Assembly: GCA_021323695.1 (NCBI GenBank)
Contig: JAJPKN010000053.1
Location: 10,618 to 74,617 of the forward strand
DNA: 64,000 nucleotides
Direction of reading: 5' to 3'
DNA from: Actinomycetota bacterium
GTDB taxonomy: Bacteria; Actinomycetota; Acidimicrobiia; Acidimicrobiales; Palsa-688
The position numbers were made by a program, and so were the translations under genes. Within the stretch, counting starts at the first letter, position 1. Every line of letters begins with the position of its first letter. Shown here piece after piece: positions 45,345 through 52,987 of this stretch. The notes below the pieces were generated by a model, which saw nothing but the letters and a program-made list of their open reading frames with translations, made no database searches and was not told the origin of the DNA.

Positions 45345-46634
45345 TCAGCTCCCTGATCTTATCGACGGGTTGCCCCGCATGTAGGGCCCCAGGCACTCGG
45401 GCAGGGCCACGCTGCCGTCTGGCTGGCGGTAGGTCTCGACCAGGGCGGCCCAAACACGGGGGACGGCCAGGGCGGAGCCGTTCAGCGTGTCGCAGAAGCG
45501 GACCGCCCCACCCTCGGTCGGCCGGTAGCGCAGCGAGGCCCGCCGGGCCTGGTAGTCGCTGAACCAGGACACCGAAGAGACCTCGAGCCACATGTCGCAG
45601 CCGGGCGAGTACACCTCGATGTCGAACGACCGGGCGTGCGACTGGCCCAGGTCGCCGGCGCATATTTCCACCACTCGGTAGGCTAGGCCCAGCTCGGCGA
45701 TCACCGCTTCGGCCCGGCCCAGGATCTCCTGGTGGACGCTGGTTGCCTGGGCGCGGGTGCACAGCGCCAGGATCTCGACTTTGTCGAACTCATGGACGCG
45801 CAACAGGCCGCGTGTGTCCCGGCCGGCCGCTCCTGCCTCCCGGCGGTAGCAGGGGCTGTAGGCCATGAGGCGCAGGGGGAGCTCTTCTTCGGCCAGGATC
45901 TCGCCTGCCCGCATGGAGGTGAGGGGCACCTCGGCAGTCGGGATGGCCCACAGGTCGTCACGCTCTATGTGGTAGGCATCGTCGGCGAACTTCGGCAACT
46001 GCCCCGTGGCTTCGAGCACGGAGGAGCGCACCAGGGTGGGCGGCCTGACCTCGGTGTAAGCGTCTGCGTTGCGGTCCAGGGCCAGCTGGCAGAGGGCACG
46101 GGCCAGGGTGGCGCCCTGCGCCCGGAACAAGGGGAACATCGAGCCCGCTATCTTGGCCCCCCTCTCCAGGTCCAAGATGCGCAGCTGGGCCCCGATGTCC
46201 CAGTGGGGGACCCTCTGGTGGGGGCCGTAGCGGCCCGGGTCGTAGCCCACCGTCCGTACGACCACATTGTCTTCCTCCGAGCCGCCGTCGGGTGCCTCTT
46301 CGGCGGGCAGGTTGGGCAGGCGGAGCAGGGCGTCGCGCAGTTGCGCCTCGACCGCGCCGGCCTCCTGTTCCAGGGTGGCGAGCTCGGCCCCGGCCCGCTT
46401 GCTCTCCTCGCTCAACGCCTCGGCGGTGGCGTCCTCCCCGGCTCGGCGCGCCTCGCCCACCTGCCTAGACAGGGCTTTGACCCGCGCCCGCAACTGGTCT
46501 GCCTGGGCCGTGAGCTGGCGCCGCCGGGCGTCCAGGTGAGCGGCGCGCTCGACTTCGTCCGGGCTCACCTTCTTCCGGGCCAGCGCGGCCTTGGTCGCCT
46601 CCAGGTCGGCCCGCAGCAGCCGTACGTCGATCAC
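45345..46634 (-). CDS. serS: serine--tRNA ligase
   Basis: N-terminal coiled coil (MIDVRLLRADLEATKAALARK) and class II core (RVHEFDKVE, GSALAVPRVWAALVE). Confidence 0.95.
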   Translation of the reverse strand: MIDVRLLRADLEATKAALARKKVSPDEVERAAHLDARRRQLTAQADQLRARVKALSRQVGEARRAGEDATAEALSEESKRAGAELATLEQEAGAVEAQLRDALLRLPNLPAEEAPDGGSEEDNVVVRTVGYDPGRYGPHQRVPHWDIGAQLRILDLERGAKIAGSMFPLFRAQGATLARALCQLALDRNADAYTEVRPPTLVRSSVLEATGQLPKFADDAYHIERDDLWAIPTAEVPLTSMRAGEILAEEELPLRLMAYSPCYRREAGAAGRDTRGLLRVHEFDKVEILALCTRAQATSVHQEILGRAEAVIAELGLAYRVVEICAGDLGQSHARSFDIEVYSPGCDMWLEVSSVSWFSDYQARRASLRYRPTEGGAVRFCDTLNGSALAVPRVWAALVETYRQPDGSVALPECLGPYMRGNPSIRSGS

Positions 46635-46670
46635 CAGGTTGAAGCTAACAGCTGGGCGACGGCCCGGCGC

Positions 46671-47636
46671 TCAGCGCACCACCACGTCGAGGGCCATGGC
46701 GACGAACAAAAGGCTCAGGTAGGTGATGGACCAGTGGAACACCTTCATGGCAGCCGCAGGTGCGGGTGCCTGCATGAGGCGGGCGCAGAGCCAGACGAAC
46801 ACACCGCCGGAGAGGGCGGCAACCGCCCAGTAGGCAAGGTGCATGTGGGCCAGCACCCCGAACAGGCCGGAGGCGGCCACCGTAGCCAGCGTGTAGGCCA
46901 GGATCTGGGAGGCAGTGCGCCGGAAGGTGCTCACCACGGGCATCATCGGCACCTGAGCGGCGGCGTAGTCCTCCCGGTAGCGGATGGCGAGGGCCCAAAA
47001 GTGGGGCGGTGTCCACAAAAAGACCAGCGCGAAGAGCACTAGTGGTGGCCAGGCCAGGCCACCTTTGACCGCCGCCCACCCCACCAGGACCGGGACGGCC
47101 CCAGCCGCCCCACCGATCACGATGTTCTGGCTCGACGTACGCTTCAGCAACAGCGTGTAGACGAGCACGTAGAACAGGGCCGCCCCGAGCGCCAGGGCGG
47201 CCGCGAGCAGGTTCACGCCAGCCCATAGGAGGGCGAAAGCAGCTGCCTCCAAGGCGATGGAGAACACGAGCGCACCCCGTGGGCTCACTGCACCGGTCAC
47301 CAGCGGCCGGCGGACAGTACGGTGCATAAGCGAGTCGATGTCGCGGTCGACGTACATGTTCGCGGCGTTGGCGCCCCCGGCGGCCAGCGTGCCCCCGGCC
47401 ACGGTGGCCAGCACGAGGCCCGCCGGCGGCCAGCCATGGGCGGCCACCACCATGGTGGGCACGGTCGTGACCAAGAGCAGCTCGACGATGCGAGGCTTGG
47501 TCAGCGCGACGTAGGAGCCCACCCGCGCCAGCACCGTGCTCCTGGTAGGCAGGGCGAAGGCGCCCGGGTGGCTGGCCACCTGCCCAAGGTTAGCCTGGCC
47601 TGGGCGAGCTTCGTGCCTGGCCCAGAGGCGTAGCAT
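46671..47636 (-). CDS. ctaB: protoheme IX farnesyltransferase (heme O synthase)
   Basis: YVALTKPRIVELLLVTT, NMYVDRDIDSLMHRTVRRPL, WTPPHFWALA. True start is probably downstream of 47636. Confidence 0.9.
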   Translation of the reverse strand: MLRLWARHEARPGQANLGQVASHPGAFALPTRSTVLARVGSYVALTKPRIVELLLVTTVPTMVVAAHGWPPAGLVLATVAGGTLAAGGANAANMYVDRDIDSLMHRTVRRPLVTGAVSPRGALVFSIALEAAAFALLWAGVNLLAAALALGAALFYVLVYTLLLKRTSSQNIVIGGAAGAVPVLVGWAAVKGGLAWPPLVLFALVFLWTPPHFWALAIRYREDYAAAQVPMMPVVSTFRRTASQILAYTLATVAASGLFGVLAHMHLAYWAVAALSGGVFVWLCARLMQAPAPAAAMKVFHWSITYLSLLFVAMALDVVVR

Positions 47637-47638
47637 CG

Positions 47639-48724
47639 GTGCCGGTGAGCCACCTGGTCGTTGCCCCTGAGCCCTCCGGGCCAGCCGTGCCCGGTCGCCG
47701 AGGTGGCCCGCGCCGGTTGTGGGGGTGGGCGGCCGGCAGGGGCCTCGGCGTGAAGCTGGCTCAGCCGGCCGCCAGCCGGGTTGCAGGCGCGCTGGCCGTG
47801 GTGGCGCTGGCGGTGGGCATAGTGAGCGGGGGAGCCGTCCGGCTCACGGGCTCGGGCCTTGGCTGCAGCGACTGGCCGGCCTGCACCCGGACCAGCATCG
47901 TTGCCCCCCTCCAGTACCACGCCTGGGTGGAGTTCGGCAACCGCCTGGTGAACGTGCTCATAACCCTGGCGGTGGCCTCCTGCGTGGCCGCCGCCCTCTG
48001 GCGCCGGCCCCGCCGGCGGGACCTGGTGCACCTTAGCCTCGGCCTGGTGGGCGGCATCCTGGCCGAGGTGGTCTTAGGGGGCGAGACCGTCCTCAACAAA
48101 CTGGCACCCCCCTTCGTCATGGGCCACATGCTCCTCGCGCTGGTGCTGCTCGGCACCGCGGTCGTCTTTTTCCACCGGGCCAACGAAGCAGAGGAGCCTT
48201 TGGCGACGCGCCCTGGCCAGGCCCGGCCGGCCCGGCTGGTGTGGAGGGTAGGCGGGCCGCAGCGGGCGGCGGCGACGGCCATGGTGGCCCTGACGGCCCT
48301 GGTGGTCACCCTGGGCACGGTCGTGACCGGGACGGGGCCGCACGCCGGGGCCCCTTCGGTGCCCCGCTTTGGCTTTTCCCTCCACAGCGTTGCCCAGCTG
48401 CACGCCAACTCGGTCGAGGTGCTGCTGGCGCTCACGGTGGGCACCCTTTGGTGGTTGCACCGCAGCGGGGCGCCCGCGCCGGTGCTGCGCCGGGCCGAGG
48501 CCGTCCTCGCCGTGCTGGTGGCCCAGGCGGCCGTGGGCTACACCCAGTACTTCACCGGGGACCCGGTCTTGCTCGTCGGCTTCCACCTGGCCGGGGCCAC
48601 ATCGGTGGTGGTGGCCATGGTCGCTTTCTACTTGGGCTTGTACTCGCGCGAGCCGTCCCGGACAGTGCAAACTGGAGGGGAGGAGCACACGGCCCAGCCC
48701 CTCGTCAAGGCCCTAGGGAGGTAG
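47639..48724 (+). CDS. ctaA: heme A synthase (COX15/CtaA)
   Basis: VRLTGSGLGCSDWPAC and conserved His-bearing TM helices. True start is probably internal (for example GTG near 47750). Confidence 0.85.
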   Translation: MPVSHLVVAPEPSGPAVPGRRGGPRRLWGWAAGRGLGVKLAQPAASRVAGALAVVALAVGIVSGGAVRLTGSGLGCSDWPACTRTSIVAPLQYHAWVEFGNRLVNVLITLAVASCVAAALWRRPRRRDLVHLSLGLVGGILAEVVLGGETVLNKLAPPFVMGHMLLALVLLGTAVVFFHRANEAEEPLATRPGQARPARLVWRVGGPQRAAATAMVALTALVVTLGTVVTGTGPHAGAPSVPRFGFSLHSVAQLHANSVEVLLALTVGTLWWLHRSGAPAPVLRRAEAVLAVLVAQAAVGYTQYFTGDPVLLVGFHLAGATSVVVAMVAFYLGLYSREPSRTVQTGGEEHTAQPLVKALGR

Positions 48725-48727
48725 GCG

Positions 48728-49024
48728 ATGGCCCCGGCGACGGCAGCGCCGGTCGAGGTAAGAGAACCCGAAGTCACCGACCGGACGGACCTCTTGCGCC
48801 CATGGAAGGTGATCGTGTGGAACGACCCGGTCAACCTCATGAGCTACGTGACCTATGTGTTCCAGAAGCTGTTCGGTTACAGCAGGGAAAAGGCCCACAA
48901 GTTGATGATGGACGTCCACACCAAGGGCAAGGCTGTAGTGGCCAGCGGCCCCCGGGAGAAGTCGGAGCTGGACGTGTTCAGGCTGCACGAGCACGGCCTG
49001 TGGGCGACAATGGAACAGGACTGA
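48728..49024 (+). CDS. clpS: ATP-dependent Clp protease adaptor ClpS
   Basis: [46 protein letters not shown]. Confidence 0.9.
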   Translation: MAPATAAPVEVREPEVTDRTDLLRPWKVIVWNDPVNLMSYVTYVFQKLFGYSREKAHKLMMDVHTKGKAVVASGPREKSELDVFRLHEHGLWATMEQD

Positions 49025-49025
49025 G

Positions 49026-49487
49026 TTGCCCTGGCGCTTGCCGTTGCGGCGTACCCGCTCGGGTACCTACCAGCTGTCCCTGAGCGCACAGCACCGGCAA
49101 CTGCTGCAAGCCCTGACCAAGCAGCTGCTGGCCGTCATCGCGGCACAGCCAGACGAGCCTTCGTTGCGCCGCCTTGCCCCTCCCGCCTACACCTCGGACC
49201 CTCGTGCCGAGCAGGAGTACCGGCGCCTCATGGGGGCGGACCTCGAAGAGAGGCGCTCCCGGGCGCTGGGCGTGCTCGCCAGTACCGCGGGCGCTACCGA
49301 GCTGTCGGCCGAGCAGCTGGACGAGTGGTTGCGGGCCCTGAACGCGTTGCGGCTGTGGCTCGGCACTTTGCTCGACGTCTCCGAGGACGAAGGAGCCGAG
49401 GAGCCCGAAGACGACTGGCACGCGGCCTACCGCTTCCTCACGGCCCTACAGGCTTATGCCATCGACGCCCTGGAGGGCGCCCGATGA
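49026..49487 (+). CDS. DUF2017-like protein (conserved clpS neighbour in Actinobacteria)
   Basis: 153 aa with a TTG start 1 nt after the clpS stop. Acidic helical protein. Assignment rests on position and remembered family features. Confidence 0.65.
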   Translation: MPWRLPLRRTRSGTYQLSLSAQHRQLLQALTKQLLAVIAAQPDEPSLRRLAPPAYTSDPRAEQEYRRLMGADLEERRSRALGVLASTAGATELSAEQLDEWLRALNALRLWLGTLLDVSEDEGAEEPEDDWHAAYRFLTALQAYAIDALEGAR

Positions 49488-50779
49488 GCACGCCGAGGTT
49501 GCTGGCCATCATGGGCTCGGGGGAGACGACGCCGACGATGGCCAAGACCCACCGCCAGCTGTTCGAACGGTTGGGGCCGCCTCCCGTCCCGGCTGTGGTC
49601 GTGGGCACCCCCTACGGCTTCCAGATGAACGCGGCCGACATCTCGTCACGCACGGTTGGCTATTTCCAAGAGAGCGTGGGCCGGCAGGTGGCGGTCGCGT
49701 CCCTGGCCCGCCTCGATGGCGCTGACCCGGTAGAGGTGGAGTCCGACCTGGCCGCCATTGCCCAGGCCAAATGGGTCTTCGCCGGCCCTGGCAGCCCGAC
49801 CTACTCCCTGCGCCAGTGGCGCGCCAGCCCCGTCCCGAGCTTGCTGGCAGAAAAGTTGGCTCACGGCGGGTGCTTGGTCTTTGCCTCGGCGGCGGCCTTG
49901 ACGTTGGGACGCTGGTCGGTACCCGTGTACGAGATATACAAGGTCGGCGAGGACCCCCACTGGGTCGAGGGGCTCGACCTCCTGTCGCCCTTCGGCCTGG
50001 TGGTGGCCGTGGTCCCCCACTTCGACAATGCCGAAGGGGGCACTCACGACACGCGTTATTGCTACCTGGGGGAACAGCGGCTGCGGGAAATGGAGCGGCG
50101 GTTGCCCCCCGAGGGCTGGGTGCTGGGGGTCGACGAGCACACCGCCCTCATCTTGGACCTGGGTGCCGGGACGGCGACCGTGAGCGGCCGGGGAGCAGTG
50201 ACCCTGCGCCACCGGGAGGCGCAGGCGGTGCTGGCCGCGGGCGAGACGGTCGCCATCGGCGACCTGCCTCGGCTGGCCGCCGGCGGGCGCCGTCCTGGCT
50301 CCCCCGGCGACCGGCCCGTCACCCCGCCCGTCGGTGGCCAACCTGGTGGTCCTCCACCCGGTGCTGCTCCCCCGGCGGCCCGGAGCCCGCTGCTGGAAGA
50401 GGTCCACCGGCTCGAAGGCGTCTTCCAGGCCGCGCTCGAGCGTCGGGACGCGACCGCGGCCACGGCCGCGGTGCTCGACCTCGAGGCCACCCTTCACCAG
50501 TGGGCAGCCGACACCTTCCAGTCAGACGAGCTCGACCGGGGCCGGGCGGCGTTGCGCCAGATGGTCGCCCGCCTGGGGCAGGCGGCGGGGCCGGGGCTTT
50601 CCGACCCGGCTGCAGTGGCAGCACCATGGGTGGAAGCGCTCCTGGGCGAGCGAGAGGAAGCTCGCCGGGAGCGGCGCTTCGACGACGCCGACCGTATCCG
50701 CCAGCGGCTGAGCGGGCTCGGGGTAGAGGTGCGGGACACCCCTGATGGCACCGAGTGGCTCCTGCCTGCCCACCAGTGA
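49484..50779 (+). CDS. fusion protein: peptidase S51/cyanophycinase-like (type 1 glutamine amidotransferase-like fold) N-domain plus CysRS-C-terminal-like helical domain
   Basis: ATG at 49484 overlaps the DUF2017 stop (ATGA). N-terminal part has LLAIMGSGETTP, WVFAGPGSPTY, VFASAAALTLG, VVPHFDNAEGGTHDTRY. The C-terminus RRFDDADRIRQRLSGLGVEVRDTPDGTEW resembles the extreme C-terminus of cysteinyl-tRNA synthetases. Confidence 0.55.
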   Translation: MSTPRLLAIMGSGETTPTMAKTHRQLFERLGPPPVPAVVVGTPYGFQMNAADISSRTVGYFQESVGRQVAVASLARLDGADPVEVESDLAAIAQAKWVFAGPGSPTYSLRQWRASPVPSLLAEKLAHGGCLVFASAAALTLGRWSVPVYEIYKVGEDPHWVEGLDLLSPFGLVVAVVPHFDNAEGGTHDTRYCYLGEQRLREMERRLPPEGWVLGVDEHTALILDLGAGTATVSGRGAVTLRHREAQAVLAAGETVAIGDLPRLAAGGRRPGSPGDRPVTPPVGGQPGGPPPGAAPPAARSPLLEEVHRLEGVFQAALERRDATAATAAVLDLEATLHQWAADTFQSDELDRGRAALRQMVARLGQAAGPGLSDPAAVAAPWVEALLGEREEARRERRFDDADRIRQRLSGLGVEVRDTPDGTEWLLPAHQ

Positions 50780-50817
50780 GCCAGCCGGGGCCGGCCCCCT
50801 CTAGACTCGGTACCCTG

Positions 50818-50890
50818 GCCCCCATCGTCTAGTGGCCGAGGACACCGCCCTTTCAAGGCGGAGGCACGGGTTCGAACCCCGTTGGGGGTG
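50818..50890 (+). tRNA. tRNA-Glu (anticodon UUC)
   Basis: GCCCCCATCGTCTAGTGGCC...; anticodon arm CCGCC-CTTTCAA-GGCGG; T arm ACGGG-TTCGAAC-CCCGT; acceptor 3' strand TGGGGGT plus G. 73 nt, no encoded CCA. Confidence 0.9.
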
Positions 50891-51025
50891 CAGTAAGCGG
50901 AACTTTGCTACTTCGCGAGCCTGCCAAGCTACGTGGACGCTCTTTGGGCCCAAGGGCACCGCGTAACGGGGCCTTTGCAGGCGCGGGCCAGGGGGCAGCG
51001 GTTGGTGGGCAGTGCACCCAAGGAC

Positions 51026-51054
51026 GTGTACCACCAGCTGGTGAGGTGGTACAC
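51026..51054. promoter_or_regulatory. perfect 10-bp inverted repeat GTGTACCACC-N9-GGTGGTACAC directly upstream of the antitoxin gene
   Basis: Read directly from the sequence. Ends 7 nt before the ATG at 51062. Typical position for an autoregulatory TA operator. Confidence 0.45.
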
Positions 51055-51061
51055 TTGCGCT

Positions 51062-51325
51062 ATGCCTACCGTCAAGCCCCGTTACCAGGTCACAGAGACT
51101 GCTGGCATCGGACGCGCACTGGACATCGCGGCGCGGCGGTGGCCCCACGAACCGCGGTCCAAGCTGCTGGTGCGCCTTGTACAGGTTGGCAGTGCCACCC
51201 TCGAGCGGGAAGACAGTGATGTGGCCCGCCATCGACAGGAAGCGATCCAGGGCACGAGCGGCAAGTACGACGATGTGTTCAGCCCCACCTACCTGGCCGA
51301 CCTGCGTGAGGACTGGCCCAAGTGA
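51062..51325 (+). CDS. putative type II antitoxin (VapB-like partner of the downstream PIN toxin)
   Basis: 87 aa from ATG 51062 (track ORF starts at 50933). 4-nt overlap (GTGA) with the PIN gene. Assignment rests on context only. Confidence 0.55.
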   Translation: MPTVKPRYQVTETAGIGRALDIAARRWPHEPRSKLLVRLVQVGSATLEREDSDVARHRQEAIQGTSGKYDDVFSPTYLADLREDWPK

Positions 51326-51741
51326 TCACTCTCGACGCCTGCGTGGTGGTCGCCCACCTCTCCCCGCGCGATCCCCACCACCAGGCAGCCAGCGCCTACC
51401 TGGAGGAGTCGAGAGCAGAGGATTTTCTAATGCACTCATTGAACCTTGCCGAGGTGCTCGTCGGTGGCGCCCGGGTGGGACGTGGGCAAGAGATGCTCGA
51501 CGACCTGCTCGCCATCGGCGTCCGGGTAGCAGAGCGCCCCGAGGGAGAAGCACTGCGGCTGGCCAACCTGCGGGCGGCCACGGGGTTGAAACTCCCCGAC
51601 TGCTGCGTGCTTGACACGGCGTTGTCCAGCGGGTCCACCCTGGCCACATTCGACGGGGACCTGGCCCGGGCGGCGCGCGAGCGCCACGTCAGGGTCGACC
51701 TTGCTCACGGTCCTGAGGGGCCGGCCGCTCCGGCTGAGTGA
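51322..51741 (+). CDS. vapC: PIN domain ribonuclease toxin
   Basis: 139 aa. Acidic PIN residues in ITLDACVV, LNLAEVL, CCVLDTAL, TFDGDLA. Confidence 0.8.
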   Translation: MITLDACVVVAHLSPRDPHHQAASAYLEESRAEDFLMHSLNLAEVLVGGARVGRGQEMLDDLLAIGVRVAERPEGEALRLANLRAATGLKLPDCCVLDTALSSGSTLATFDGDLARAARERHVRVDLAHGPEGPAAPAE

Positions 51742-52932
51742 CGCGCGCCGGCCACGATGGCTAGGCCGGGTGGCCCGTCCTGGCTGAGCTGGCTGGCTGC
51801 GCTGGCCGGCTGAGCTGGCTGAAAGGCACGCCAGGAGCTGCCGGGCGATAGCCCGGGCTAACGGCGGTGGCACCGCGTTGCCCACCTGGCGGTACTGCGA
51901 GGAGCGGCTACCGACGAAACGGGCCCAGTCCGGGAAGCCCTGGAGGGCGGCGGCTTCGACGACGGTGATACGCCGCGCCCCGGGAACTTGCCCGCTGCGA
52001 GGTGCGCCCCCGGCCGCCAGGTGGGCGTGGTACTCGGGGACGGTGCTCGCCGTGTCCACCCAGGGGGTCTTGTTGCCCCCCATGGAGGCGAGCATGGTCG
52101 GAGCGGGCTTGCTCAGGTCGATCGGCCTGCCCCCGCCGTTGTAGAGCTTGCCATGGTAAGGGTCGGGCCGCAGCGAGGGATGGGCGGCGTAGGTGACGGA
52201 GGCGGGGTTGGCCTCCCCTCGGGCCGAGGCGCTGACCACCTCCCCCGCGGCCACGTAAGGCAGCGGCCGGCCGGGCCCGTGGGTCGGGGCCGGCCATTGG
52301 AAGCCGGCCCCTGGCTCGGTCCCGACGACGAAAAGGCGCAGGCGGTTCTGGGGTACGCCGTAGTCGGCTGCCTGCAGTGCCCGCCAGGACACCTCGTAGC
52401 CCAGCCGGGCACCCTTGCCCACACCGGGCCCCACCAACCTCTCCAGCGGCTCGTGGCCAGCCAGTACGGCAACGATGAGCTCGAAGGCCCGGCGTGCCTC
52501 ACCTCGGGCCAACCCGGCCACGTTCTCGAGGACAAAGGCCCGGGGCGCGGCCTCGTAAAGGGCCCGGGCGAACTGGGGGATGCCGTCCCTCGGGTCGGCC
52601 CGGCCCCGCCGCAGCCCACCCAGGCTCCAGGGTTGGCACGGGGGGCCACCGACGATGACGTCCAGCCGGCCCCGGTAGGGACGGAAGTCAACGTCGCAGA
52701 TGTCCTGTTCATAGACGTCCACGGTGGTGCCCCCGGGACCGGCCAGGCGCTCGTGGGCGCCCCGGTAGGTGGCAGCAGCGTCGGCGTCGCGCTCGACCGC
52801 CACCACCACCTGGGCGCCTTCGGCCATGAAGCCCAGGGACAGGCCCCCGGCACCGGCGAAGAGATCCGCCACCTTCAGGTGCCCAACCAGTGCCCGGGCA
52901 CGCTGCACCTGGTGGGACATGTGCCTGGGCAC
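51436..52932 (-). CDS. DNA (cytosine-5)-methyltransferase, no adjacent restriction gene
   Basis: Motif I DLFAGAGGLS, IV GGPPCQPWS, VI FVLENV, VIII QNRLRLF, X GNAVPPPLA. The ORF continues about 125 codons past motif X, antisense to vapC. Confidence 0.85.
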   Translation of the reverse strand: MPRHMSHQVQRARALVGHLKVADLFAGAGGLSLGFMAEGAQVVVAVERDADAAATYRGAHERLAGPGGTTVDVYEQDICDVDFRPYRGRLDVIVGGPPCQPWSLGGLRRGRADPRDGIPQFARALYEAAPRAFVLENVAGLARGEARRAFELIVAVLAGHEPLERLVGPGVGKGARLGYEVSWRALQAADYGVPQNRLRLFVVGTEPGAGFQWPAPTHGPGRPLPYVAAGEVVSASARGEANPASVTYAAHPSLRPDPYHGKLYNGGGRPIDLSKPAPTMLASMGGNKTPWVDTASTVPEYHAHLAAGGAPRSGQVPGARRITVVEAAALQGFPDWARFVGSRSSQYRQVGNAVPPPLARAIARQLLACLSASSAGQRSQPAQPGRATRPSHRGRRASLSRSGRPLRTVSKVDPDVALARRPGQVPVECGQGGPAGQRRVKHAAVGEFQPRGRPQVGQPQCFSLGALCYPDADGEQVVEHLLPTSHPGATDEHLGKVQ

Positions 52933-52987
52933 TCTAGCTCATTGCCCGGCGTCCCCGCCCTATGTGTGGGCGTGCCGGCGCTCGGGC

